A stretch of 64,000 bases of DNA, taken from a virus. The translations under genes and the position numbers were made by a program. This document shows positions 48,498-57,406 of the stretch, piece after piece. Position 1 is the stretch's first letter; every line of letters starts with the position of its first letter. The stretch spans positions 64,001-128,000 of IMG/VR virus record IMGVR_UViG_3300024999_000044, one strand, 5' to 3'. Below the pieces are notes generated by a model that was not told the origin of the DNA, did not search any database, and was given only the letters and a program-made list of their open reading frames with translations.

Positions 48498-49537
48498 AGG
48501 TAGCTTGTTTAGCGGATATCCACACTCACATATACAAGGAATTTAACGACATTTCAGACATAACCGGAAGTAGCAGGTTGGATGAGATGATAAAAGGACT
48601 CTTATATGCAAAGACTTATTGCTTGGAAAATAGCATAAAGCACCTTCTATTTGCTGGGGATCTCTTCCAAAGAAGAGGTTCTGTGGATACTATTGTGCTT
48701 AACACCACTCATGATGTGTTTGATGACATCACCAAATCTGGCATTTCTATATGGGCCATACCAGGAAATCACTGCCAACCTAACAAGAGGAATAAGCCAG
48801 AGAACTCTTTACACACTTTCAAGAAAATATGTGGGGTAACTGTTATTGACGAACCTTCTATGGTTTGGCTAGACGAAGAAACTCCAGTATGGGCGGTACC
48901 ATTTAGCAAAGATGGGGAAAAGGTTAAGGAGGCTATACTAAACCCCCCTGAAACTTTAGTGAAACCTATACTTATGGCACACCTAGGCGTGAGTGGGGCA
49001 TTTGTAGGTGTTGACAGCTATTCTATGCAGGACTACTTTACCACTGAAGATTTAGCTATAGATAAATACAAGTACGGGGTTTTAGGTCACTACCACTCCC
49101 CCCAGATATTGAAGGATGCCCCCCACTTTTTCTATTGTGGGAGCCCCTTGCAGAACAGCTTTAATGACGATGGAAAACATGGGTTTATGGTCATTGACAC
49201 CTCTAAAAGGATGGACATCCAATTTGTACCAATTCCCAGCCCTAAATTCGTCACTGTAGAAAACTATGAAGATTGTGATTTCAATGCCCTCGTGGGTAAT
49301 TATGTTAGATTTAAATGCACCAGTGACCAGGTACAGGACCTACTCACAAAAATCCCAGAAGGCCTCAAGTATAAGATTATAGCTAAAAAGGTGTATGAAG
49401 AGGTCCAACGTGCTAACGTTAAAATTGGTATGAGCTTTGAGGAAATAGTGTCTAACTACGCTGCCCAGTTTAATCCAGACGCTCTACAGATTGGGCTAGA
49501 CTTGCTAAAAGAGGTGCAAAGTGGAAGTAAATCGTAA
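48494..49537 (+). CDS. sbcD: SbcD/Mre11-like calcineurin-type phosphoesterase nuclease
   Basis: 'CLADIHTH', 'FAGDLFQRRG', 'AIPGNHC' phosphoesterase motifs; paired with a Rad50-like gene. Confidence 0.65.
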   Translation: MKVACLADIHTHIYKEFNDISDITGSSRLDEMIKGLLYAKTYCLENSIKHLLFAGDLFQRRGSVDTIVLNTTHDVFDDITKSGISIWAIPGNHCQPNKRNKPENSLHTFKKICGVTVIDEPSMVWLDEETPVWAVPFSKDGEKVKEAILNPPETLVKPILMAHLGVSGAFVGVDSYSMQDYFTTEDLAIDKYKYGVLGHYHSPQILKDAPHFFYCGSPLQNSFNDDGKHGFMVIDTSKRMDIQFVPIPSPKFVTVENYEDCDFNALVGNYVRFKCTSDQVQDLLTKIPEGLKYKIIAKKVYEEVQRANVKIGMSFEEIVSNYAAQFNPDALQIGLDLLKEVQSGSKS

Positions 49538-49868
49538 TCCTATTGGCATCAAGAGAAAACCAATTACCCTCTTATCTAAACTCGGGCATAGCAAGGTGGG
49601 GGGTTATTACATCTTTAACAAACCCAAAGGCCAGGAGGCCCCTAGGTGGAAAATAAAAAGTTCTAACCGTATACTGTGGTGTCCTTGGTGTGGAGAATGG
49701 CGTGTATTCATTCCTAGAACCGGGGAAAGTGATACCTGGTTTTGTTCAGTAGATAAGTGGGCCCACACCAAGGAGTTTCATGTAAGCAGAACTAATGGTC
49801 TTATGTGGGAAGGTCTATCAGTTGCTAAAGTAAAAGAGCTTTCAAAATTTGCAGTACCAAGGGGGTAA
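49521..49868 (+). CDS. hypothetical protein with CxxC pair
   Basis: 115-aa ORF overlapping the sbcD-like end; 'CPWCGEW'. Confidence 0.4.
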   Translation: MEVNRNPIGIKRKPITLLSKLGHSKVGGYYIFNKPKGQEAPRWKIKSSNRILWCPWCGEWRVFIPRTGESDTWFCSVDKWAHTKEFHVSRTNGLMWEGLSVAKVKELSKFAVPRG

Positions 49869-49871
49869 ATT

Positions 49872-50132
49872 ATGGCCATAAATACCAATATTATAACTAT
49901 AAAATCTGATGGGGATGGTGGTCTTATATTGACTCCTGGTTCAGAAACTAGTCTAGATGTAGTGGTTGATTCCTTAATGTCTGCATTATACTCAATATGC
50001 TTAGGTCCTGATGGTAGTGATTTTGAGTGTGCTAAATTGATGGCTTCAGGATACTTGAAGTTTGTGCAGAACAAGGAGCGAGAAAGTAAAATTATAAAAA
50101 AGGGCACCCCAAATTTGACATTAGTTCACTAA
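49872..50132 (+). CDS. hypothetical protein
   Basis: 86-aa ORF. Confidence 0.4.
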   Translation: MAINTNIITIKSDGDGGLILTPGSETSLDVVVDSLMSALYSICLGPDGSDFECAKLMASGYLKFVQNKERESKIIKKGTPNLTLVH

Positions 50133-50152
50133 TAACTATAAGGAGGTACAAA

Positions 50153-52051
50153 ATGCAATTAACTGACCTGGTTATAGACAATTTTATGTCTGTTGGTCAT
50201 GCTGAAGAGAACTTATCTAATAGAGGTCTTGTACTTATCCAAGGAGACAATCAAAGCAATGACAGCATGGAGTCTAATGGATCTGGTAAGTCTACTATAT
50301 ATTCTGAAGCAGTTACCTGGGTTCTATTCGGGGAGACCATACGTGGACTAAAAGGTGATGAAATCGTAAAACGCAGTGTTGGTAAAAACACACGTGTTAG
50401 CCAGACTATTATTGAAGATGAGGTTACTTATGAGGTCATTAGACATCGCAAACATAAAGATTTCAAGAACCAAGTATTCTTATTACGGAATGGTGAGGAC
50501 ATCACAGGTAAAAGTGATGCTGAAACGACCAATATGGTCGAGGGCATACTCGATATGGACTTTGTTACATTTACTAATTCCGTTCTGTTCGGGCAAGGCA
50601 TTAGCAAGATGTTTGCTAGTGCCACGGATAGTGAGCAGAAGAAAATACTTGAACGCATGCTCCAGATAGATATATTTAAGCAGTGCGCTGATCTCTCTAA
50701 AGAACATATGACCGTATTATCCCAAGAAAAGGTGAGATTGCTAAGCAAGTTGGAATCTCTTGATAACGAATACAAGCAGTTGAATCAAACTGTAGAAGAC
50801 TTACAAAAGAAGGAAGCGGAATTATCTACCCAGATAGCAGAAAACATCGAAGCCTTGAAAATTCAGAAGGATGGGTATGTCAAGGAAAGGATTCAATACA
50901 AGGATGATGAGATACTATCTGAGATTGGCTCAATAAAAGACCTAATATCAAAAGTGGAGTCCCTAATGTCCAAGTATGATGCGTATCAGACAAAGGTGAA
51001 TGAGACAGAAGGACACATATCCATGGTATCTTCAGGAATTAACAAAGACCAAAGGTTGTTGGAGCAACTAGCTATGGAACGGAAAGACCTATTATCTGGC
51101 AAGAATGTACCAACAATGTGTAAAACTTGTGGCCAGCCTTTACCTAAAGGAGATACCACAGCTCTAGAGGCCAAGCTCAACAAGGACATCAAAGAGGCTA
51201 TGGAAGAACTAGTTAAATCCAATGATCTCTTAGACGGCCTAGAGGGAACTAAGGAGTTCCTAGCTGAAAAGCTAAAGGAGAAAGAACCTCTTACTGCACG
51301 ATATCTTGAACTGAGGGATGATCTTGCCACTGAGCAAGCTAAGCTGAAGTCCAATATGGCCCATAGGGCCGATCTGGACAGGCTTGTACTAAGTACGGAC
51401 AAGCAGATTGCCCAGCAGGAGAAATTGCTAGAGGAGACCTACACTGATCTAATTCAGGACTGCATAGATAAAATCGGCATGGTTGAACATGACCACGCCA
51501 TGTTTAGTGGGGAGCTAGAAACCGCAACTGCTCAATACGACAAGTATAAATTCTGGTGTGACGGATTTGGCAACAGTGGTATTAAATCATTGTTGCTAGA
51601 CAGCGTTACCCCATTTCTTAATACCCGAGCCAATGAGTATCTGGGGAGGTTGTCAGATTCTACTATAACTGTGCAGTTTAATACACAAACTCCCTTAAAG
51701 TCAGGGGAGATGCGGGAAAAATTCAGTGTGGAAGTAACCAATGATAATGGAGATGACGAATATAAGGGAAACAGTGGTGGTGAGAAGCGTAGGGTGGATG
51801 TAGCGATCTCTTTGGCTTTGCAGGATTTAGTAAGCTCAAGGTCAAATAAGAAGATTAATCTGTGCCTCTATGACGAGGCTTTTGATGGATTGGATGGGGT
51901 TGGTTGTGAAAAAATTATCTCTCTGCTAAAGGAGAAGCAATCTGAGAAGGACACTATCTTTGTTATTACCCATAATGACTCCCTTAGGTGTCATTTTGAT
52001 AATGTGATCACCGTGCAGAAGCATGGGACCGAAACAGCAATATTAAACTAA
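50153..52051 (+). CDS. sbcC: SbcC/Rad50-like ATPase with zinc hook
   Basis: Walker A 'NGSGKSTI', long coiled coil with central 'CKTCGQP' CxxC hook, signature 'GNSGGEKRRVDVAISLAL', Walker B 'LCLYDEAFDGLD'. Confidence 0.7.
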   Translation: MQLTDLVIDNFMSVGHAEENLSNRGLVLIQGDNQSNDSMESNGSGKSTIYSEAVTWVLFGETIRGLKGDEIVKRSVGKNTRVSQTIIEDEVTYEVIRHRKHKDFKNQVFLLRNGEDITGKSDAETTNMVEGILDMDFVTFTNSVLFGQGISKMFASATDSEQKKILERMLQIDIFKQCADLSKEHMTVLSQEKVRLLSKLESLDNEYKQLNQTVEDLQKKEAELSTQIAENIEALKIQKDGYVKERIQYKDDEILSEIGSIKDLISKVESLMSKYDAYQTKVNETEGHISMVSSGINKDQRLLEQLAMERKDLLSGKNVPTMCKTCGQPLPKGDTTALEAKLNKDIKEAMEELVKSNDLLDGLEGTKEFLAEKLKEKEPLTARYLELRDDLATEQAKLKSNMAHRADLDRLVLSTDKQIAQQEKLLEETYTDLIQDCIDKIGMVEHDHAMFSGELETATAQYDKYKFWCDGFGNSGIKSLLLDSVTPFLNTRANEYLGRLSDSTITVQFNTQTPLKSGEMREKFSVEVTNDNGDDEYKGNSGGEKRRVDVAISLALQDLVSSRSNKKINLCLYDEAFDGLDGVGCEKIISLLKEKQSEKDTIFVITHNDSLRCHFDNVITVQKHGTETAILN

Positions 52052-52066
52052 CAAGGGGAATTAGAT

Positions 52067-52525
52067 ATGCCTAGAAAGAAAAATTTAGAGTTTATAGAAG
52101 ATGAAAATGGTTGTTTTGTAGTAACCTCGCATGTACAAAAATGTGATGGGTACTCAGAAGTTGAGCGTAACTACAAGCGCATGAAATCACATAGACTAAT
52201 AGATGAACAGTGTTTTGGTCTTATACCTAGAGATAAGGTAGTCGGGCATAAATGTGACAATAAAATGTGCATAAACCCCGAACACCTAGAACTAGGAACA
52301 CCTGGGGAAAATTCTCAAGATATGGTTAAAAGAGGTAGATCTAAGAAAGGGGAAGAGCACCATTATAACACCAGGTTATCTTCTTCTGAAGTGAGGGAAA
52401 TTTTAAATGACAGGACTCTTTCACAGAAAGAGTTAGCAGTGAAATATGGGGTTACAGCTTCATTGATCAGCATGGTAAAGTTGAGAAAAAGATGGAAGCA
52501 TGTAAGGGTTGTTCCACATGAGTAA
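52067..52525 (+). mobile_element. free-standing HNH homing-endonuclease-like gene with C-terminal HTH
   Basis: 'GHKCDNKMCINPEHLELGTPGEN' HNH motif; inserted between the sbcC-like and primase genes; overlaps the primase start. Confidence 0.55.
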
Positions 52526-53558
52526 AATATATGACTACCTCATCCAATTACTCGGTGAGCCTAAAGCCAGACACACTACACAAAAGGGGCTCCAGTACAA
52601 CTGGAACTGCCCCTTTTGCGGTGACTCTAAGGCTAGATTCTTTGCTAACACCGATCGCAAAGTGACTTACTGTCACAATTGCGAGTACTCTGGCTCCATT
52701 ATTACGTTCATATCAGATATTAACCACATAGGGTGGAGAGATGCCCTAGAGGTATTCCGAGGTTATGAGGGCTATCAGACCAAGCTACCAGACAGCTTAG
52801 AAGAGGAAATTTATTCCAGATTCATCACTACAGGAGAGTCTTTACAGAAGAAGTATGTCTTCCCCTTACCTGAGGAATATATTAGCATGATGGAAGCGCG
52901 AGGTAAGGAGGGTCACAAGGCCTATGTGTACTTAAAAGGGAGAGGTCTTAATGCTGATGATATGGATAGATATTCTATAGGGTATTGTGCTGAAGGAAAA
53001 TACGCTAACAGGATTATCATGCCAGACTTTGAGGAGGGTAAACTCATTTATTGGCAGGCAAGATCCTTCTTACCAGAACCAAAGAGTTATGTATCTAAAA
53101 AGACTTACCGGAAGGTACTAAATCCAAGTTTAACTAAAGAACAGGTGAATCGAGGTGAAATAGCGGTAGAGAAATCTGAAGTTATCTCTAACATTGACTT
53201 GATAAAGGAACATGGTATAGCAGTCATATGCGAGGGTAGGATGGATGGCTATTCACTGGGGGATATGGGGGCATGTATACACGGTAAACATATGTCTGAT
53301 ACCCAATTTCTAAAATTGGCAACCAATCAAGATAAGATTGATAGGGTCATTATCATGTTGGACAGTGACGCTATGAGGAGTGCCATAATGTGTGCCAGCA
53401 GATTAGATAAACACTTTCCAGGGAGGGTGTCAATGTGTCACCTACCAGAAGGACAAGATCCCAATAGCATGGGTAAGGAAAAGTGTCTTGAGGCGGTAAC
53501 TACTGCATATCAGTATTCCCCCTTAACGCACATCAAGAGTAGAATTTTTCTTTCCTGA
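52509..53558 (+). CDS. dnaG: DnaG-like DNA primase (CHC2 zinc finger plus TOPRIM)
   Basis: 'CPFCGDSKARF...YCHNCEYSG' zinc finger; 'VICEGRMDGYS' and 'IMLDSDAMRSA' TOPRIM-like acidic motifs. Confidence 0.65.
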   Translation: MFHMSKIYDYLIQLLGEPKARHTTQKGLQYNWNCPFCGDSKARFFANTDRKVTYCHNCEYSGSIITFISDINHIGWRDALEVFRGYEGYQTKLPDSLEEEIYSRFITTGESLQKKYVFPLPEEYISMMEARGKEGHKAYVYLKGRGLNADDMDRYSIGYCAEGKYANRIIMPDFEEGKLIYWQARSFLPEPKSYVSKKTYRKVLNPSLTKEQVNRGEIAVEKSEVISNIDLIKEHGIAVICEGRMDGYSLGDMGACIHGKHMSDTQFLKLATNQDKIDRVIIMLDSDAMRSAIMCASRLDKHFPGRVSMCHLPEGQDPNSMGKEKCLEAVTTAYQYSPLTHIKSRIFLS

Positions 53559-53587
53559 TTTCTTTATTGTTGGAAGGGGTGAACAAG

Positions 53588-53716
53588 ATGTCCTGTGATC
53601 CAAAGAAGGATTATGATCCAGATAACTGTCCAGAGTGTTGTAATGATGCTCATGCCTGTGAGATAGTGTGGTCTGGTTGTAATAACAAGCCAATACCTAA
53701 CAAAGAAAAGGAGTAG
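53588..53716 (+). CDS. possible Cys-rich micro-protein (42 aa, 8 Cys)
   Basis: ATG after ggaagggg; MSCDPKKDYDPDNCPECCNDAHACEIVWSGCNN...; below the track threshold. Confidence 0.3.
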   Translation: MSCDPKKDYDPDNCPECCNDAHACEIVWSGCNNKPIPNKEKE

Positions 53717-53725
53717 TGATGAGAA

Positions 53726-54235
53726 ATGAAACAACATTATGATAGCTGGGGTGCACCAATACAACTTGCACCATTGCGTTATGTAAGCAAATCAGGCTTG
53801 GAATTGAAATACGCCACACCAGGTAGTGCGGGGTTAGACCTCCCTTATTGGGACCCAATGATGGATAAACTTACTATTTATCCAGGATTTCGTGCTAAAA
53901 TGCCTACTGGTGTACATGTAGAGATTCCTGAAGGGTATGTTGGACAAATAGACTCTAGAAGCAGCACCTCTAAATTATTACTACAATTACTATGCCATAC
54001 CGTAGACTGTGATTATAGGGGAGAAATATCCTTGGTATTTGCCAACGTCGGTAAGGAACCTGTTACAGTAAAACGTGGAGAATTCTATGCACAGATACTT
54101 ATTGTTCCAGTAGAACAGGTTGATCCACAAATGGTAGACTCAGTAGAAGAACTTACCCAAACAGAACGTGGGGATGGTAGTTTTGGCTCAACTACTAACA
54201 AGAAGGATGGAGGCATACCAAATGTTCAGTATTAA
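53726..54235 (+). CDS. dut: dUTPase (trimeric dUTP pyrophosphatase)
   Basis: motifs 'GSAGLDL', 'IDSRSS', 'DCDYRGE', 'RGEFYAQ'. Confidence 0.75.
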   Translation: MKQHYDSWGAPIQLAPLRYVSKSGLELKYATPGSAGLDLPYWDPMMDKLTIYPGFRAKMPTGVHVEIPEGYVGQIDSRSSTSKLLLQLLCHTVDCDYRGEISLVFANVGKEPVTVKRGEFYAQILIVPVEQVDPQMVDSVEELTQTERGDGSFGSTTNKKDGGIPNVQY

Positions 54236-54581
54236 CATGAAACCTAAATCTAATAAGCCGCTACCACTATCCTCAGAAGAGAAGAAAAAGCTAAAAGAAG
54301 AACAACGAGAAAAGCAACACATGAATAGCATGATTACCCGAGGGGAAGCTTATCAAGCATTACAAAAGATTTATGATGCTCTCATGGAAGACCGCAAACG
54401 TATAGAGATCAGCTTCATACAAGTGCAGACTCTTATTGAGGTCCTTGTTGAGAAGGAATTGACCACCAATGAGGATTTAGATAAACGCAGTATTCCTTAC
54501 GTTGAAAAGATGTATGGCAATGCGAAGAGTACTGGGGAGGTGTCTGCTGCTGATGGTGGGAGAGAAGGACAAGAAACCTAG
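54225..54581 (+). CDS. hypothetical K/E-rich protein
   Basis: start moved to ATG after ggaggcatacca (track 54168 overlaps dut). Confidence 0.4.
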   Translation, partial: FSINMKPKSNKPLPLSSEEKKKLKEEQREKQHMNSMITRGEAYQALQKIYDALMEDRKRIEISFIQVQTLIEVLVEKELTTNEDLDKRSIPYVEKMYGNAKSTGEVSAADGGREGQET

Positions 54582-55092
54582 GATAAACAGCCGAACTAAG
54601 GGTTCTGAGTATGAGCTAAGGATAAGTAAAATCCTGGCAGAATGGTACCAAGAGGACTTCCACCGAGTACCCTCCAGCGGAGGCCTCAGGTGGGGTAAGG
54701 ATAACAGAGTGTCTGGAGACATTATAGCTCAAGAGGGGTCCACCTTCCCTTTTAGCATAGAGTGTAAAAAGAGAGAGGACTGGACATTTGAGCAGTTGCT
54801 CAAGGGGGTAGGAGAGGTAGAGAGTTGGTGGGCACAATGTATCAGAGATGCCTCTAATGTGGATAAGAAACCCCTACTTATTTTTAGTAAAAACCGTTCA
54901 CCTAATTATTACATGATGTCTTTTGATGATTATTCCTTACTTGTGCATGTATCTGGTCCCATGTCTGTATTTGTATACCAACAGATTGACCGACCCACAC
55001 GTATCATAGGGATACTCAGCGATCTCATAAACACAGTATCAAAAGGTGACGTAATCAAAGCATATCAGTTACAACGAAGAGTAGAGATATAA
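54553..55092 (+). CDS. Hjc-like (archaeal-type, PD-(D/E)xK) Holliday junction resolvase
   Basis: 'KGSEYELRISKIL...SGG...GDIIAQEG...FSIECKKRED' follows the Hjc pattern G.x(Y/F)E...SG...D(I/V)IA...E.K; start after ggggagg. Confidence 0.55.
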   Translation: MVGEKDKKPRINSRTKGSEYELRISKILAEWYQEDFHRVPSSGGLRWGKDNRVSGDIIAQEGSTFPFSIECKKREDWTFEQLLKGVGEVESWWAQCIRDASNVDKKPLLIFSKNRSPNYYMMSFDDYSLLVHVSGPMSVFVYQQIDRPTRIIGILSDLINTVSKGDVIKAYQLQRRVEI

Positions 55093-55169
55093 TCTCTACT
55101 CTTTCTTATTTTCCTCAGAAATACACTACCAAAACGAGGAAACTGGAGATTGTGTCACAAAAGGGGAGA

Positions 55170-55225
55170 AAAACTGACCGACCTTAGGAATTTCCCCGCA
55201 AAATTGACCGAAAACGGTCAATTTT
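55170..55225. promoter_or_regulatory. 26-bp perfect palindrome aaaattgaccgaaaacggtcaatttt plus upstream half-site aaaactgaccga: candidate operator
   Basis: read directly; located between the resolvase gene and the next gene start. Confidence 0.45.
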
Positions 55226-55233
55226 GCGACTGG

Positions 55234-55941
55234 ATGAATTCCAGATTTTGGGGCAAAATGAAGACAGAGCAGGAGAACAACCGACACCGAGTTACAAAAT
55301 TAGGGAAGGTGGTAGATTATATGATCAACGCAACTGCTCACTTGGTGGGCGATAATGAGCAGGTTGATATCTTGTTAGGGACTAAATTAACAAAGAAGGG
55401 TGTAGATGATACAATGGCAAAAACAGCAAAAGTTACTGAGATTAATGAGGAAACTGTTGGGGAGATTGTAGCGAATGAAGAAGTAAAAATTGAGGACAAG
55501 GCAGAGGTTACCGGGAATGAAATGGGTGAAGCAATTGAGACAACCCCAGAAGCTACAGGGGATGTTACCATTGAGGAGCTATCCTCCACGGTGCCACATG
55601 AAACCTTGGAAGAGCTAAAGGGGTTTATCAAGGATATCGACACGGATACTTTGGAGTTCATTGCCACTACTCTAAGTGCAGATTGGTCCAGGCATGAGAA
55701 TGCCCCAATAAATCGTATGAGAGTGGCCATGTCCATACAAAGATACTTCTTCCCTGAGCTATTCTCCCCTAAGGAAGAAAGTGGTAAGAAGAAGAAAGCT
55801 AAGTATGCAGATCTCTCCAATGAGAAGCTATTTGAAATGGCTAAGGCCGGAAAAGTAGCCGTAGAAACAACTGGGCATGCACCAATTGACCGCATGAGGG
55901 TTATAGTGGGGCTTAAAGCAGCAGGATTGCTACCAAAATAA
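55234..55941 (+). CDS. acidic protein with C-terminal HeH/SAP-like motif (two copies of ..P I(N/D) RMRV..)
   Basis: 'APINRMRVAMSIQRYF' and 'LSNEKLFEMAKAGKVAVETTGHAPIDRMRVIVGLKAAGLL'; start moved downstream of the palindrome (track 55150). Confidence 0.45.
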   Translation: MNSRFWGKMKTEQENNRHRVTKLGKVVDYMINATAHLVGDNEQVDILLGTKLTKKGVDDTMAKTAKVTEINEETVGEIVANEEVKIEDKAEVTGNEMGEAIETTPEATGDVTIEELSSTVPHETLEELKGFIKDIDTDTLEFIATTLSADWSRHENAPINRMRVAMSIQRYFFPELFSPKEESGKKKKAKYADLSNEKLFEMAKAGKVAVETTGHAPIDRMRVIVGLKAAGLLPK

Positions 55942-56068
55942 GATGAAGAGTAAGTATCAAGAAAGGAGCAGATTTACGAATCTGTTCCTTTTATTTTTTG
56001 TACAATTGTTGGGAGGTGATGTGCATCCTTTACATTTTCTCGAAAAATCGCGAAAAATGCAATTTTTT

Positions 56069-56103
56069 TGAGCTTGTAATTTTTTCGGAATTTGAGATAA
56101 TGA
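56069..56103 (+). promoter_or_regulatory. putative sigma-A-type promoter upstream of the small sigma factor gene
   Basis: ttgtaa, 17 nt, ataat(g) in an AT-rich 260-bp intergenic region. Confidence 0.3.
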
Positions 56104-56199
56104 AAGTGGGAGTTCCGTCTTCCCTGGGTGTGGGGGAGTATTCTAACATAGCACTATTTTCACGTAGCAGATGAAAAGCAGAAAGAGAGTGAATGCTGA

Positions 56200-56820
56200 G
56201 TGTCAGAACAGGTAGAGAGACTATCATGGGAACATATCGTAGGTAAATTTGAAAGGTTGATTAAATTTGCCGCTAGGAAACGTATAGAAAATAACCCAAC
56301 AGATGGCATGATCTCGGCAGAGGATTTATTCCAGGATGGCATGATACAACTTTATGACAGTTGGATAAACTATGGGCATAAGCCTGAAGAAGAGTTTGAC
56401 CAGCTATTTAGAGCTTCCTTGTGGAGAAGAGTTAAAAGGTCTGGAGGAATACAACGAAACAACATAGACTTGTCCGATGTATCGGACACTCTTAAGGATG
56501 AGAACAACATTGACATGGTGGAGAAAATGTATGTGGGCCATGGAATAGAGCACCTTAAAACACTTCTGACTAACCCATTGTCTATAAGGTTAGTCGACGA
56601 GTTAACAGATCCTAGTGATAGAACCCACTTTGAGGTATGGGCAGATATAAAACGTAAAGAGATGCTTAAATCACAGGGTAAGAAAATAAATGTTCCCAAG
56701 GATAACACAATCAGGATGAAGCACATAATTCGCTCACTTGGCATAACTACAAAGCAGTATGATATTGCTATGTATGAGATACGTCAAAAAGCGGAATTAG
56801 CATTTGCTTTCGGAGGGTGA
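56200..56820 (+). CDS. small sigma-70 family factor (phage-encoded alternative sigma)
   Basis: region 2.2-like 'AEDLFQDGMIQLYDSWINY'; size (206 aa) like SPO1 gp28/gp34-type factors; GTG start. Confidence 0.55.
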   Translation: MSEQVERLSWEHIVGKFERLIKFAARKRIENNPTDGMISAEDLFQDGMIQLYDSWINYGHKPEEEFDQLFRASLWRRVKRSGGIQRNNIDLSDVSDTLKDENNIDMVEKMYVGHGIEHLKTLLTNPLSIRLVDELTDPSDRTHFEVWADIKRKEMLKSQGKKINVPKDNTIRMKHIIRSLGITTKQYDIAMYEIRQKAELAFAFGG

Positions 56821-56896
56821 GAGACTCTATCAGAGAGACGATTTTTCGTTACTTGATTTTTTGTTTTATACCTGAAATTTGGGAGGAAGATACAGA

Positions 56897-57343
56897 ATGA
56901 TTGACGTAACAGCCAAAATGCTAGAAACTATTAGCGGATCTACTTGTTTTGGGATAGCCTATGATGACGCCATACCGGAATGCATCCAATGTGATGTTCG
57001 TCTACAATGTAAAGCTAAATCCGGTGGAGAAGCCATACCAACTCCAACGGTTAAGGAGTCCACACCAGGAGAGGTTAAAACCCCCAAAGTAGCCAAGACT
57101 CCTAAGAACCCAATGGGTGAAAAGATTAACAAACCGGATGAAACCGAAAGTACTGTAGCTGATAAACCTAAAAAAGGAGTAAAAGAGGCACCTCCAGTAA
57201 ATACTAATTTACCGGACTTCAAGCCTATGAGTACGGAACAACTAAAGGCTCTTGCCAAGGATAGAAATGTGGAGTGGAAAGACTATGGCAATGAGAATAT
57301 TACTCGCATGAGATTAATTATGGCCTTAAAAAAGTCATACTAA
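56897..57343 (+). CDS. protein with N-terminal Cys cluster, P/T/K-rich linker and C-terminal HeH/SAP-like motif
   Basis: 'CIQCDVRLQC'; C-terminal 'MSTEQLKALAKDRNVEWKDYGNENITRMRLIMALKKSY' resembles the 55234 ORF C-terminus; start after gggagga (track 56879). Confidence 0.45.
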   Translation: MIDVTAKMLETISGSTCFGIAYDDAIPECIQCDVRLQCKAKSGGEAIPTPTVKESTPGEVKTPKVAKTPKNPMGEKINKPDETESTVADKPKKGVKEAPPVNTNLPDFKPMSTEQLKALAKDRNVEWKDYGNENITRMRLIMALKKSY

Positions 57344-57406
57344 TTTTCATAAATCCTTTAAAACGGTACTCTAGGGTATCGTTTTTCCCGTGTTAGGAGG
57401 TATAAA

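Noticed and set aside
55338-55895. 185-aa minus-strand ORF antisense to the acidic HeH protein gene
   Set aside because: Ser-rich antisense shadow of an E/T-rich coding region, with no start context.
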